Source of the DNA: a virus
Taxonomy: Duplodnaviria > Caudoviricetes
Direction: 5' to 3' (one strand)
IMG/VR virus record: IMGVR_UViG_3300032116_000009
DNA: 64,000 nt
Position 1 is the first letter of the stretch, and each line of letters starts with the position of its first letter. Made by a program: the position numbers and the translations under genes. Positions 44,101 to 56,400 of the stretch are shown here, piece after piece. The notes beneath the pieces were generated by a model, which worked only from the letters and a program-made list of their open reading frames with translations, was not told where the DNA came from and searched no databases.

Positions 44101-45853
44101 TTACTGTACTAACTCCTCCAGAACTGCCGGTAATTGTAAAAGTAGAACCTTGTGGAGAAAGATCTATTCCCCTGGAAAGAACAGTATCTGCACTAAAAGT
44201 AACACCGTTACCAACTACTTGTTTGATATCGGAAATACTATAATCTCTTACGGATTTAATAGTTCTAGATGCATCTATACCATTAATTTTTATTTCTTCA
44301 TTTTGAGCAAATGTACCAGAAACTTGATAAAGTATTAACTGATTCGTTTCTGTGGCATTTTGTACTAAGTATCCAGATGCATTGCTGTTTTTGCCTTCAA
44401 TAAATGCAGGTGCTTGAAGTGTGATAGTTGCATTTAAATTTAAATAAACATATGTCTGAATATCATATAGTGAAGTTTCATATACAGTTGAATTATTGAC
44501 ATATTCTGAACTTTTTAATTTAAAATCATATACTCTACCAACACCAATTTCTAGTCCAGATGCACTTCCACCCGAAACTGTTCTATTTGAATAAAATTTG
44601 ACAGTAGAAGTAGAATCAAATCCTATTGGCACAGACCCATGAACATTGTTAAGTTCTAATTGTCTACCTAAAGTAAAGGGTACTGAAGAGTTTTGTACTT
44701 TTTCAGTTGTTCTAGTTTTTTCTAAATCAACCGAAATTGTATTGATGGTTTCTATTTCATATCCCCTTACATAAGCTTTACCTGGGGATATTTGAATAGA
44801 CATCAAATCTTCAGATGGAAGATTCCCCGATTTCGTAATTTGACCTTCACCGAATACTCCACCATTCCCCATATTGTCGTTTAGGGATTCTTTTATGTTT
44901 ACTGTAAACGGATTTATATAATAATCCCCAGATTCATCATAAGTTCTTCTAGCTAATTCATCCCTAATCAATGTTGAGTTAGTTTCTTTAACGAACTTTT
45001 GAATGATTCCATCTTCAAGTCGCATTAACTCAATAAAATCTTCATCATTTAAATCATTCAAAGATTTTTTAATTAGAGTTGCTGTTATCTTAAATCTATC
45101 AGCTCCAGGAGCCGCAAAATTAGAGAATCCCCTAGCATTATCAAATAGATCAGGATTTTGTTGAGAAGCTACAACAATAGACTCATTTATTAATAATCCA
45201 ACTCTATATGATGGAAAACTAGAATATTGATCTAAAATTATTGATTGAGCACTAACATCTACAAAAAATCCTCTTATAAAATAAACACCATTTTCAATTT
45301 TAGCAGCAGAAGCAGATCCAACAGCATCTGTTACGATAGTTGTAGCAAAAGTGGAATCCGATCTAATTGTAGAAAGAGAGTATTCTAGATCTTGCAATAA
45401 GATTAAATTTTCACCATTAACAAAGGAGTTGGTCGAAAAATCTATTTCACTACTACTTTGATATTTTACATAAAGAGTATAGTTACCGTTAGTAGACTCT
45501 TGATCAGTAATATATCCTTGTACTAAAGCTCTAACTCCACTAGTCTCGCCTTTTATATATTTTCCTACTAATTCGGAAATATAAAGAGATACTGGTATAC
45601 CTAAGTGGCTGGGGTCAATTTGAACGTAAAAATAATCGGGGTCGTAAGCAATTTGTCCAGGAATAACTACAGATCCTTCTTTAAAAAAGTGCTTACCAAA
45701 CTTTTCTATTTGGCTCTGTAGAATAGATTGTAGAGTTGTTAGTTCTCTAGCCTGTATTGGAGTTCCTGGTTTAAACAGTACCCTTTGATAATTTTTAGTA
45801 GCATCAAAATCATCAAAATATGGAGATGCATTTAGGTTGGTATTTTGTGCCAT
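38171..45853 (-). CDS. VrlC-like / DUF4815 virion structural protein (2560 aa)
   Basis: N-terminus NLNASPYFDDFD...YQRVLFKPGTPIQARELTTLQSILQSQIEKFG; YEL ARRTYDESGDY, DRFKCGFFVDNF, NVNPFAV and DPLAQSF motifs; follows gp8 as in cyanomyoviruses. Confidence 0.85.
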   Translation of the reverse strand: MAQNTNLNASPYFDDFDATKNYQRVLFKPGTPIQARELTTLQSILQSQIEKFGKHFFKEGSVVIPGQIAYDPDYFYVQIDPSHLGIPVSLYISELVGKYIKGETSGVRALVQGYITDQESTNGNYTLYVKYQSSSEIDFSTNSFVNGENLILLQDLEYSLSTIRSDSTFATTIVTDAVGSASAAKIENGVYFIRGFFVDVSAQSIILDQYSSFPSYRVGLLINESIVVASQQNPDLFDNARGFSNFAAPGADRFKITATLIKKSLNDLNDEDFIELMRLEDGIIQKFVKETNSTLIRDELARRTYDESGDYYINPFTVNIKESLNDNMGNGGVFGEGQITKSGNLPSEDLMSIQISPGKAYVRGYEIETINTISVDLEKTRTTEKVQNSSVPFTLGRQLELNNVHGSVPIGFDSTSTVKFYSNRTVSGGSASGLEIGVGRVYDFKLKSSEYVNNSTVYETSLYDIQTYVYLNLNATITLQAPAFIEGKNSNASGYLVQNATETNQLILYQVSGTFAQNEEIKINGIDASRTIKSVRDYSISDIKQVVGNGVTFSADTVLSRGIDLSPQGSTFTITGSSGGVSTVTTSSSTFYVGVSTGDIISYSSSGNTVPTYNRVKEVVATSNSIIIEPTTDVVGVSSGSLPGSTINTTNLIKVTPQILNTNQAYLYTELEYDNVAETDLTGSSIVIRKSYSVTVSSGGLNQVLETDTSLTLEPYDEEYYNLSFANGDVEQLNNQKLTVSGRTVSLQNISQDGPARLTVTFLKEDLKPKNKVYNRCSELIVSGSSNTSSGVAGTSLADGLTYNSLYGTRVQDKNICLNVPDVEELLAVYESSDSNDPDLPRLVLTNLNANILNSIKGELVFGQASRAAARLVSNNSTNEVEVVFLNEKTFVTGERVTFKESQITAIVSSFVQGDRDITSSFVLNPNQKPEYSDYSYVTRRSDDSPPTKKLKIIFNNYTIDSNDNGHFVTVDSYAKDRYTSDLPIISNIAASDIIDVRPRVVPFNVSTATKSPFEFGSRVFTTGSNSSPYNFAKGRSINLGYSYYLGRIDKLYLSKDGKFFVNAGVPSLEPKEPNPVDNCLEISTIVIPPYVYDVSDVKNILSSHKRYRMKDISNLEDRLKNVEYYTSLSLLETDTKNLTLRDEQTQLDRFKCGFFVDNFKSIFGGGLGNPAYKCSIDTANGYLRPQHYTTSLDLLLGSEAVIGVGNTSNPDADLRFVTDLGSPNTKKVGDVVCLNYTDVVYFRNNFATRSENVNPFAVVNWIGSIDLSPASDTWVETRVTEKVEDRDGNYQSTIDQLGIDSNTGLSPVNWGAWETNWTGSREAGRQTVETIKTGSTVLSTDVSKIPKKKKNNNKNKNNKAKKKGKGKSLVTTTIEEEFTTFENVSTITTTNQSRSGIQYKVNERWDSVNVGDRVVSTDIIHTMRSRNIEFVARRMKPNGLVYPFFDNVDMSSYIIPKLLEVTMASGTFSVGETVTGVSGSVSVRFRLASPNHKYGPYNSPTQTYSQNPYNTTEVVPTSYSTTSTILNVDTASLELQSNSAFYGNIIVGMTLTGASSGAVANITNIRLIADNTGAIIGSLFIPDPTLPSTPKFETGTKTFTLTSSKTNATIIGTTDSTAETNFSSSGTLANVENLTIRTRNADVERLTQSDEREESETTTELQAATSTEVVTSEEVVRTRSIQTPANQKPQKKQPKANQKPEKKQKQQQAKCKELKNRGKNQKRFVDPLAQSFEVVETNGVYITKVEVFFRSKDTTGLPVTMQIRTMQTGLPTQTIVPFGEIVLDPEQVNVSDDASVPTAFTFPSPVYLAPDSQYSVVLLSASNSYNVWISRMGEKDISTINRSESEQIIVSQQPLLGSLFKSQNGATWDPSQLEDLKLVVYRAEFFNGTSTVRFYNPDLNIGNNQIASLQVNPIETISKTVLVGIGRSLTNSEVTTLTPGLTILQYGNSGFSGKLRNVIGAIGISSTLTLTSPGTGFTSNYTVYSNVNLLPITGRGSGGKVNIAVSGGVAIAATVSVGGTGYSYGDTLTVDYSQTGGFGKNLLLSIPNNVGIISSFNTLLLDNVQGNVVVDSSSNLIFVGSGGTSLLAGANVSYSEVVTDGLHFKVKHSNHGMYATNNFVTLSSIQSDQRPQTINSSYTSTSTSDIVLSSVGIFTSFENVPVSNTNPGYILIGDEIIRYTGVTTSTNVLSGITRGIDSTVPSNYAALEQVFKYELNGVSLRRINKTHGFADTNFSKYPIDLDHYYLKVGVSTNGPDRSEGNGNGFPALAFNETKSCGSYDALQLINSYKTPKATQNIPFSVITPNIAIATPQGTTVSARIRTFSGGSPNNNSITPFVDQGFEDIALDTTNYLSSPRIICSEVNENNYLQDYPGKKSFTMEVSLITSDSRVSPLIDLDRVNIITTGNRMNSTVSNYATNPLVNSLLNDPSAASYVTKVVRLERGSDNLKVFFDAYRHSTNDIRVMYRLFRSDSDPTTQLYELFPGYDNLDENKNVINPYDNNGKPDIEVVPSSTLADFRSHEFTAKNLPLFNGFQIKIIMTGTNLAYVPLIRDLRVIASV

Positions 45854-45859
45854 GTTAAC

Positions 45860-47455
45860 TTAGAACTCCAGTACAACTTTGATATCTTCTTTTTGGCTAG
45901 CAGATCTAGGAATTGGTTGCCTATTATCTATGTAGATAACTTCACCAGACTTTTTATTGAATTCGGCAGAACCTATACCAGAAACAAAATCTATCCCTAA
46001 TTGGTATATTTTATTATTTATTGTAGTAGTAATACCGTTGAAATTTGTATCTATAGATAAAGCAGGACCTACAATAGAAGAACAATTAATTGTTGTACCA
46101 TATCCAGCGTCAGGATTTGAAGTAAATTTCAAAATCTTAAATCCAGTTTCACTGGATGCCAATCCAGTTGGTTGATAATATTTTAAAACACCAGTTACAT
46201 TGTCCCAAGAAGCAACAAAACCAATAGCAGTAGATCCAAGACCTACTGTTTGTTTAATTATAGAATCGACAGCATAGGTCGTATTTGTAGTAACTCCAGA
46301 TAATTTTAATGATTGTAAACCACTAACCATTGAAGTATTAAGAACTTCCACATTACTATTTGGAATAGTTGGATTTTTTAATATTCCAACTCTAGCAAAA
46401 TCATTACCAAGAATTACGTCTGGATTTGTTTCTAAAGTTTCAAATCTAGAATACAATAAAACTCGATAAGCACCAAGTTCACGATAAACATCATATCCAT
46501 GACCACCTTTTGGTGGAATAATAACATTAAATGAAGCTACAGATGTCGTACCTATACCGGTATTACTTAAATTATTAATTGGTCCTCCAACTTGAGAACC
46601 AGGAGCTCCTGGATAAAATTGAATAGTACCATAAGTATAATCTTTTCCACCATCAGTAACAAAAACTTCAGAAACTTTACCAAAAGAGTCTATAGTTATC
46701 GTAGCTTTTCCTCCACTACCATCTCCTAAAATAGGGACATTAGAGAAAGATGTGGAAATTGGTTGATAATTAGAACCTCTATTATTGATTAATATTACTT
46801 CAATTTTTCCGTCAATAGCATTATTTTTTGTCGCTATGCTTTCTCCAGACTGACCCCATTCTTCTGGAACTGGAATATATTCAACAGAATCAAATTTAAC
46901 TATTTCGGATGGTTTAATTGTATAAAGATATTTCCAAATATATCCATCTCCAGAAGTTCCTGCAGCTCTTGGTTCTAAGTCAATAAAGGATGGTTGATCG
47001 TAAGAAGGTCTTCCTTTAGGGTTCTCAGGATCAGTTCCATTCTGTAAACAGATATAAACTCTCAGATCTTCATTTACGACATAATAATTTGATTGGTAAA
47101 GAGAAGATGAATTAGTTACAGGAGTTAAATTATAAACATTATAATCATGTCTATACATTTCATAACTATTTCCTGCAACCCATTCTATTTTTCTAACCAA
47201 TCTTCTTACATCCTGAGATGTAATTTGTTTCATTGCTATAATAGATTCTTTTATTTGAGCCTCTTCTTTAAATCCATCCAAAGGAGATGGAACATTGGTA
47301 TTCCAAGTTGGACTACCTCCTGCAAGAGGATTGAGTGCATTAGGCATACCGATAAATGTATAATACTTATCAGTAGTACTAGCTGCACCAGTAAGATTCT
47401 TTACAAAATTTTCAGCATTCAATATTCTAAATTGATCTGATATAATAGCAGGCAT
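45860..47455 (-). CDS. 8: Baseplate wedge subunit gp8
   Basis: AIISDQFRILNAENF, WVAGNSYEMYRHDY, YVVNEDLRVYICLQN, DGYIWKYLYTI, SGEVIYIDNR...EDIKVVLEF. Confidence 0.93.
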   Translation of the reverse strand: MPAIISDQFRILNAENFVKNLTGAASTTDKYYTFIGMPNALNPLAGGSPTWNTNVPSPLDGFKEEAQIKESIIAMKQITSQDVRRLVRKIEWVAGNSYEMYRHDYNVYNLTPVTNSSSLYQSNYYVVNEDLRVYICLQNGTDPENPKGRPSYDQPSFIDLEPRAAGTSGDGYIWKYLYTIKPSEIVKFDSVEYIPVPEEWGQSGESIATKNNAIDGKIEVILINNRGSNYQPISTSFSNVPILGDGSGGKATITIDSFGKVSEVFVTDGGKDYTYGTIQFYPGAPGSQVGGPINNLSNTGIGTTSVASFNVIIPPKGGHGYDVYRELGAYRVLLYSRFETLETNPDVILGNDFARVGILKNPTIPNSNVEVLNTSMVSGLQSLKLSGVTTNTTYAVDSIIKQTVGLGSTAIGFVASWDNVTGVLKYYQPTGLASSETGFKILKFTSNPDAGYGTTINCSSIVGPALSIDTNFNGITTTINNKIYQLGIDFVSGIGSAEFNKKSGEVIYIDNRQPIPRSASQKEDIKVVLEF

Positions 47456-47490
47456 TTTAAATAACTGGTTTTTATTTATTTATTTGTAAA

Positions 47491-50400
47491 TTAGACTGAT
47501 ATCGTTCTAGTAACTTGTGGTGCTGTGGAAAGTCCGGTCAAACCATTATTTGTATTAATATCAAAAGCTTCTGGAGTTCCTAATGCCCTATTTTGATAAT
47601 CATATATTTTACTCCAACTATATCTTCCGTAGAATCCATTTGTATTAACACCACTTACATCTTCACCTCTCTTATAAACTTCTATGTAATTTCCTGCAGG
47701 AGATTCTAATGGAGCAAAATTGCAACTTACAGTTACAATTCCAACACTAGCGGTAGTTACGGACTCTACCCTGTAAACTCCATCCAAGTAGGTATATGCA
47801 GTACCAACTCTGGAGTTTGGATAGTTAGACATACCACCCAAACTTGTAGTAATGCCCGTTAATGCATGTCCAACAGTTACATTACTATCAGTAATAATGA
47901 AATAATCTCCCTTAGAAAGTTGACTGGAATCGACTCCAAAATTATTAAGAGATGAATACCCAATACCTAATGTACTATTATCATAAGTCTCAGACTTCAG
48001 TATAAATTCTATTTTTGGAGAAGTTGTTCCTATTCCTGGAGTACCTGCAACAAAAGTATTAATTCCGATAATAGTTCCGAAATCACCGATAACTTTAAAT
48101 GATTTAATAGTTTCTATCTTAACAATGTCTGGTTCAACTAAAACTGGAGGCTCATTATCTTGTTGATAACCAAATCCACCATTTGTAACTTCGACGGAAG
48201 TTAATATTCCTGAAGAAACATAACCAATAGCAGTGGCTCTATTGAAAATAGGATCACTATAAATTGCGGTTCCTGCAGATCCTACAGAAATATATCTTCC
48301 CTCTAAACCTAATGTTGGAACCTGTAAAATGTCCTTTAAATTATTAGGTTGATTGGTATCTCTATAAATCCATGTAGATAGATCAAAAGAGTAATACAAG
48401 TCGCCATTAGAAGTGATAGCAACGTAAAAATCATTATAATAAACATCTACTAGATTTTCAGAAATATTAACAGGCATTAATTGCAGAGAACTAGGATTCA
48501 TACCCTTTAATACTACTCCAAAGTCTCCTACGACTACATAATTACCATTTACATAAATGACTTTATTTAAATTAAAGGATGTTGGACTACTATTTGAATC
48601 CCAAATTACATTATTAGCGGAAGATAATATTACGCCATTGTCACCTACTGCAACAAGTCCACTTGGAGAATAAGTTATACTATTAATATTTTGAAGTGTT
48701 CCTGAGAATCTACTAATTAACATTGTAGATCCTATACCAACTCCACCAAATATTGATCCTGCAGCTCCAACAGCAGTCCATGAATCTAAATTTGGAGAAT
48801 AAACTATGTCATTTAGAGTTCCCGTGTAAGTTGTTGGGAATCTAGTTATAAGTCCTAAACCAGGAACTACACTTTCCTCCAGAAGGTTTATTAAAGTCCA
48901 TGGACCAACTGTACTTCCATATCCAAGTGATTTAGAAACTATACCATATTCACCAACAGCCATATAAACATTTGTTCCACCACAAGATACGGAAGTAAAG
49001 TTTATTGTTCCACCAAATCCGATAGATCCTGTAGACCAACTTTCAGCATCAATACTTGTGGCATATAGAGAAGAGGATCCAACAGCAACCAAAGTATTTC
49101 CATAAATTAATGAGTTTAATTCATATCCTGTGGTAATTCCTGTAGAAGGTTTCCAGTCTTTAATTGGATCTTTTCTAGAAATCAATGACTTAGAAATACT
49201 GATGACAGGGTTTTGAGTATAGGCATAACCAACTCCACCATCAACAACACTAATAGAAGAAATTGTTGAAGAACTTGAAACTATAGATGTACAGATTGCT
49301 GCTGATATATTTTTAACTTCACTTATAACAACATTTCTCTTATCTTCACTTAATAAGTCAACATCACTAAAAATTGGGAACGCATTATCAACGTAAATTA
49401 CAGAATCGGTTTCAGTTACAGACTTAATTAGTTTAGCAACAGGTCTAATACTACTCTTTAAACTTAATCTTGACTTAGAATAAAGTTGTCCGCTAATGAT
49501 TCTATCATATTCCTGTTTAATCCAAGTTAGAGGTCTATTTTTATTTGGATCAGTAATTATTCCAACACTATTATAAGTAAAAGTGTCTATTTGATCTGAA
49601 GCAGATATTTTTTTGACAATTCTTTCCAATTGATCAGTATCAAAAAGATCAAACTCATTTTCTTTAATAATAATAGTGTCACCTTCTTTAAGGGTAGGTG
49701 GTGGAGTTACCTCCTCTACATCTATAGAAGATCCTCTGTAATATAAAACTGTGCAGGTGGAATTTTGTTTTGGAGCTTCAGTAAATAAAACTCTAGATCC
49801 AGAGAACGTATAAGAAACTCCAGGAATTTGTAAAATATCATTAATATAGATGAAAAGATTATTTTCTAAGTTTAAATCAGTTCCAGCGAGAGTTTTTAAA
49901 CTCAGAATTTCTCTAACATTGTTATTAGTAACGGATAGTGTAAACTTTTTACGGAATCCATTGAATCTATCAGAAAAATCATCGAATAATATAAACTGTC
50001 CAGGATAAAAACCAGAAAACTTATCGGTTTGAACTTCTCTAACAGTTAGTCTAAATTCTTGGAAAACAGTAGATAATCCAGAATTTATCAGTAAATTTGG
50101 TACTTTTAATATATCACCTACTTTATATCCAATTCCAGGGTTATCTATTTTATAATCAATAATACTAGATCCTTGACCAACAGTAACTGAAATTTTTGCA
50201 CCCTGGCCTACTCCAGAAGAACCGCCAGTATATGCTACTCCCAAATTACTATAGGCAGTAGGTATTCCTATTACAACTTCTGGGATGGAGGTTGTAGTGT
50301 AACCAGATCCAGCGTTAACAATTGTGAACCCGGTTATTGTACCGGCTGCACTAACTGATGCAGTTATACTTGCTCCAGAACCAACAGTAGAATAAATGCC

Positions 50401-53400
50401 TACAGTTGGAGGTAATCTATATCCAGATCCACTTCCAGTAAGAGTTAAAGAAGAAATAGTTCCAGCTGCAGAAACATTAGCCACTGCACTCGCGCCCAAT
50501 AAAGGATAATATCCATATCCAGTAGTCACACCGACTTTAACTATTTTACCCGCACTAGGAGTTCCAGTTAAAAACTTAATTACATTTTCGGAAGTACCGT
50601 CTATATCATAATCCGTTCTAGGACGTTGGAAAACATTATTAATTAAAATTATAGGATTATTATTGATATTTGTTGATGAATTAGTATTATTGAATAGAGC
50701 AGTTGTTGTAGATCCTTTAGTTTTTGCAGTAAACTCTGTAGCGGCTATTCCAGTAAATGATAAAGATATATCATCCAAAATAATATTCTTATCTTCAGGT
50801 TCACCAGGATCAAATTGTCTAGAGAAAACTCTTCCACCAAATATAGATCCAGTTTTTAATCCTACTGGACCAATTTTTCCATATGGTGCTGTAGTGAAGT
50901 AAATTACATCTCCTACAATATTATAATCACCAGTTAATACGGTACAAGCTACTCCAACAGTATGGACTCCTGCAGAAGTTCCCAAATATCCCCTTTCTAC
51001 TTTAATAATATCAGTTCCTGCGACACCGATATTCTTAACAACAACATATTCGGAATTCATATTAATGATGTCACCAGTATAAAGAGAAGATATTCCAGTT
51101 AAAACTTGTATTAAAGTTGTAGAAGCTGAAGAAACAGGGGAACCTAAAGTTATGGATAATGATTTACTTCTAATTGGAGTCTGAATAACTCCATCTATGG
51201 TGATAATAGAACTTGTATTGGGTTCTTTGTACTCAAATGAATGGATTCCAGTACCAAAACCAACTATATTGAGTATAGTTGCAGTAGATAATCCTGATAA
51301 TTTAAACTTACTATCATCCAATTTAGTGACAAATACAGATTTTGGAAGTTTATTCGATCCAAGAACAATAGGTGTAAATGAAACATTATCGTTAGAATTA
51401 GAACCACCTATGTAAGTGCCTGCAATAGAAATTACGGAGGTAGATGCATATCCAGATCCGCCATTGGTAACTTGTATTGAACTTATTTCTCCATCATTGT
51501 TTCTAGAAACACTAAATGTAGCTCCATTTACATCCAAAGAGGGAACATTTGAATAGGTTTGATTTGCTGCCGCTTGAATTACTGTTGGTCCAGTTGAACT
51601 TACTACAAATGAGAGATTATTTGTTGGATTAGATCCTTTAAAATAAGTACCAGCTATAGATACTGTTTGTCCAACGGCAAATCCTTTTCCACCTGAAACC
51701 AGAGAAATTGATGTTGATAATGGTTGTCCTGTTGTTGCAGAATACGAAACTACTACATCGAACACAGCATTAATTCCACCAGAAGTACTGGTTCCTACTA
51801 CATCATTAAATAATTGCGTTGTTGGACCTGCTGGAACTAATACCGTAGAAATTCCAGTTATTGATGTTGTAATAGCAGCACCATACCCATTTTCATAAAT
51901 TGATGTTCCATTATAATTACCAACCTGCATTAAAATATCTTTAATTTCAGTGGTATATGAAGTAGTTGCTATTCCAATTGGAGTTCCAGAATAGGTATAA
52001 ATCAGTTCTTGACCACTTTGGAAATTGTGATTATTGAAAATAAAAGTATCAGTGTCAATCTTAATTACATTTGAATCAGATCCACTAAACTCTCTCTTAA
52101 ATAGTGGATTTCCATTTGATGTTAATTTAAATGTGGTTAAACCTACTATAACTCCACCTCTTGTTATGGATGGATAGGTTATTTCTGGACTAGAGGCTGT
52201 TCCTAATCCTATTATTGTAGTAATAATTCCAACATAATTCACAATTGAAGATTGAACATTAGCACAACAACTAGAACTATAAGATACACTACAATCCGAA
52301 TCTGCTAAAATTGAAAAATTATAGTACTGACTGGTAGATATAAATGCTTTTTCTACCGTGCCGCCACCAACATATGTGTGATCAATAGTAGATATTCCTG
52401 GATTTATTTCTATCGTACTCAAACCTATTCCAATAATTTCATATACAAATCCTTTTGGTGATAATGGGCCGTTTCCATCCAAACCTGCACCAAGATTTGG
52501 GAATATTGCAGTACTTATTCCTCCACCAGAGTTGCAAGAAAAAACTAGATTTTTAACTACAACGTAATCACCAACAGAGGCATTTAAATTAACTATATTT
52601 GCGGGAGTTAATCTAATAGTCTGAATTCCAGTAACATTATTATAAGATGAAGTTGTTATTGCAAATGGAGTTCCAAGTTGATATGAAGTTTTAACTCCAA
52701 CATTATTAATAATGTATTTTGATATATCTGTTATGTAATTATAAGCAGATAATCTTTCAGTGGTGATGCCAGAAATATAACTTGTTCCAATACCAGACCA
52801 ATAATCCAGTCCCTGGCCTACTGATTTATTGTTAGAATTGTACTTAATGTCATGAGATATAGCATCTACAACATTTCCTATTTCTTCAGTAAAACTGGTT
52901 TTACTCCATCCAACACTGGTAACTATTCCAGGATAAGTTGCAGTGATAAATCCAACTACTTCTTGCTGAATAAAAGCTTTGTTTCCATCTAATAGATCAG
53001 AAGCATCAGCATAAGTTCCATCAAGAGTTTGAATTGATGATCCATCAAATTGACTACTAATGTCATCTATTGTTACAACTTTATTTGTTTTATTTAAAAT
53101 ATAATTTCTTAAAGCAATACCTTCATTAAAGAATACCTTCTCTACAGAACCATCATCAAGAAAATCTTCCTCATAAACTAAATTAAAATTACTTCTTTCA
53201 CCAATAGAAATTTTATTATCAACATTAACTAGGAATGATGATGCTGATTCTAAAACTGTTGGTCTTAGATCTGTAGATTTTGATATACCAATTTGAACTT
53301 CGGGTTGAGTAGCCTCGGTAACGATTTCTAAGTCTGAAAATTCTTTAAATCCGGATGGATGCACCAAGGATCTTACAGATTCTCTCCAAGAATCATAAGG

Positions 53401-56400
53401 TATTTCGCTCTTAATAGCATAAGAAAACTTTTGATAATAGAAATTATCTGAAATTCTTTGTTGGAAATCATTTAATATTCCAACAGCATTGTCTATCACT
53501 CCAACTTTATCTCTGGAAACTCCTAAAGTAGAGTTTAGATTAAAAGTATCAAAATATTCAACTACTCCATTTATTTTGGAATTTTCTCCAAATATTCTGT
53601 CTCCAACTATCAAACTTCCAGCAGAATCATTTATTCTCAACTGGTTTAGTTCATTATCCCATCCACCCTCCATTACATTTCCAGAGAAGACTCTAGAAGT
53701 TACTCTTTCTCCAGACAGATAGTTAACATTATCATTTAAGATCATCTCAAATGATGGCATAGATTTTTTATTAACTACATATCCCAAAGTAATGGTATCA
53801 TCATAAGTACCAAAATCTCCCGTAGAAATACCAGACATACTATAAGTAATGGTTTTATTTTCTACGCTAGTGGAAGTAATTTTAAAGAATCTATATCCAT
53901 ATGATTTAGAATTAAAGTTTGCCTTGGATGAAGTGGAATTAGTCAGTCGGCAACCTTCAATAAAAATTTCATCTCCAACTGCGAAAGGAAAATCAATTTG
54001 TGTATTCCCAAAACCAACATTAATAAAATTAGTATCTAATAATTCTAAAGTTACATCATTTCCAGAAACAGAAACATTATCAATATCATATCCATTAGAA
54101 TTATAAATTGAGGAAATTTGTAGTGGTGAACTCAAAGAAGTTGAGTTGTTAACTATAGTGACTTTTGTTACTGAACCTCCAGTTATATCAGCTTTTAATT
54201 TTATTGATGGGTTATCCTTTACAAATAAAGTCGGAGCAGTATTATATCCTCTACCTCCAGTTAAAATACCAACAGAATCTATAGTTAAAATATCTCTTAT
54301 TCCAATAACTGTTGGTACACTTAAAGAAGGAGTTAAAGTTGGATCTGTTGGATAATCAAATCCATCTTTGATTCTCTCATAATCTTCGACTCTACCTATT
54401 TTGGAAGATTTGAGTTTAATAATAGCATTTTCACCAAATTGCGTGTCAATTCCTTCAACAAAAGGTAATTTTTTATAACCTCTTCCTGGGAAATTAATTT
54501 TAAGAGAATTTATTGGACCTAAAGCCGTTTTAGATTTTGTAGTATAAGTAACATTTTCATTAGAAGAAATATATGCCTGTTCTTCAAGCTTAGTTAATTT
54601 TTGACTTAGATTGAAAGTAAATGTAGTATCATTTGGCACTGAAACTATATAACTCTTATCTAAAGAGTGTTTAGTTACCGTTAATTTATTATTTCCTTTT
54701 ACTTCTCTATCGGATGTTATTTCTTTTTTTCTAAGATCTAGTGGATTTTTAGCGATTAAATTATAATACAGTAATTTAGGGTATTGTTTATTAGATGAAT
54801 CTAAAGTAACGTAAGATCCAAAAGTTCCTGGTGATTCCAAAGTTCTAGAAATAACAAAGTTATCAATATCATTTCCAATAACCTCTACAGTATTTTGGAA
54901 ATCGGGATCTTCATAGAATTGTAGATCCATTTCAAGAAGACTTGGATCAGACAAATCAAATTTTATAATACTACCTTCGACAAAATTCAATGGAGGGTTT
55001 ATTAGATAAAAACCATGCGATACATGTCCAGTTGATGTAAGATCTATTACATTGGAGTTCTTAATATCAGATTCATATTCACAAAGTTGAATTCTATTCA
55101 GATTTAGTCTTAAAATATAATAAGTACTATTATTTTGCAATCCACCAACAGTACTTCCCTCAGTATGATAAACTACTTTATCTCCAGTTTTTAAAATAGC
55201 TGACCCAATACCTATTGTATTATCAGCAATAGAAACATCAGTATTAGCGAAAGGTATTTTTGCAGTTGTTAATTTTCTTATTTCAGGATTATAAAGAATC
55301 TTTACTTCATCTAGTTCTCTATTATTAATACTGAGATTAACTATATCATTATTACTTAATCCATGACTACTAGTAGTAGTTACTATACCATTATGTTTGG
55401 AAATAGATCCTTTTATTTCTGGATATAATGTTGTCAGTGAGTGTGCTGAACCAATTATACTAAATGAGTAATCAAAATTAACAAATTCTACTGAATTTAA
55501 ATTAGTTCCTATACCACTAGTTGTGGTAAATCCAAGTGTCGATAATCCAATATGATCTTTACCCAAATTAACGGCATAAACTATTTGACCATCTAAAAGT
55601 GGAATACTTACTCCACTACCCACATTATTAAAATATAAACTAGTTCCACCTAAACCTGGACCATATAAAAGAGGTTCACCAGTGTAAAATCTATGATTTG
55701 GTATATAAATGGATCTGGATGGGATAACCCTGGCTTCAACAGTGCTGGTTCCAATACCGACAATATATCTTATAGTTTTATCTGTTCCTGTACCTACAGT
55801 TTCTTTTGGATTGAAAAATGTTACACTATTTTCAAAGGTAGCTTGAGTTACAGGACTCTTTGGTACAAACTCAAAACTTGTTGGCAATAACCTAACATTA
55901 TCTATTCCTGCTGTATGAATTCCTGGATTTGCTAACCTATTAACATAAAATCCAGATCTAGGAGCAGATATGTCAACTATCCTTAAAATTTCTGTTCCTA
56001 TGCCAATAACATCATTAACATTAAATCCGTTTATGTCCTTAACACCAATAAAAGTGGTAACACCAGAAGCAGCAACTGTAATATTTTCAGATAATTGAAC
56101 TGTTTTATTTTCTACTGATACTTTCCAGTTACCTTCCAATTCAGAAGCAGTTATGGTAGAAACACCAGTTATCGTTATCACTTCACCATTAGAAAGTTCA
56201 TGTGGTTCTGTTGTTTGGACGACTACTACATCATTTTTAAATAAGAATGTAACATTTTCTATTTTTACATCCTCGATCATAAAAGATTCTATTTCTTTTC
56301 CTTTTAAAGAATCTACTACAATATTTGCTCCAGTTCCAGATGTATTCTTATTATTAATTAAAAGTCTATCATTTATTCTATAATTGTCCCCAGGAGAAAA

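Noticed and set aside
38171-45853. Virulence factor (from the name VrlC)
   Set aside because: The name is historical, from a Dichelobacter prophage-like locus; here it is a virion structural gene by context.
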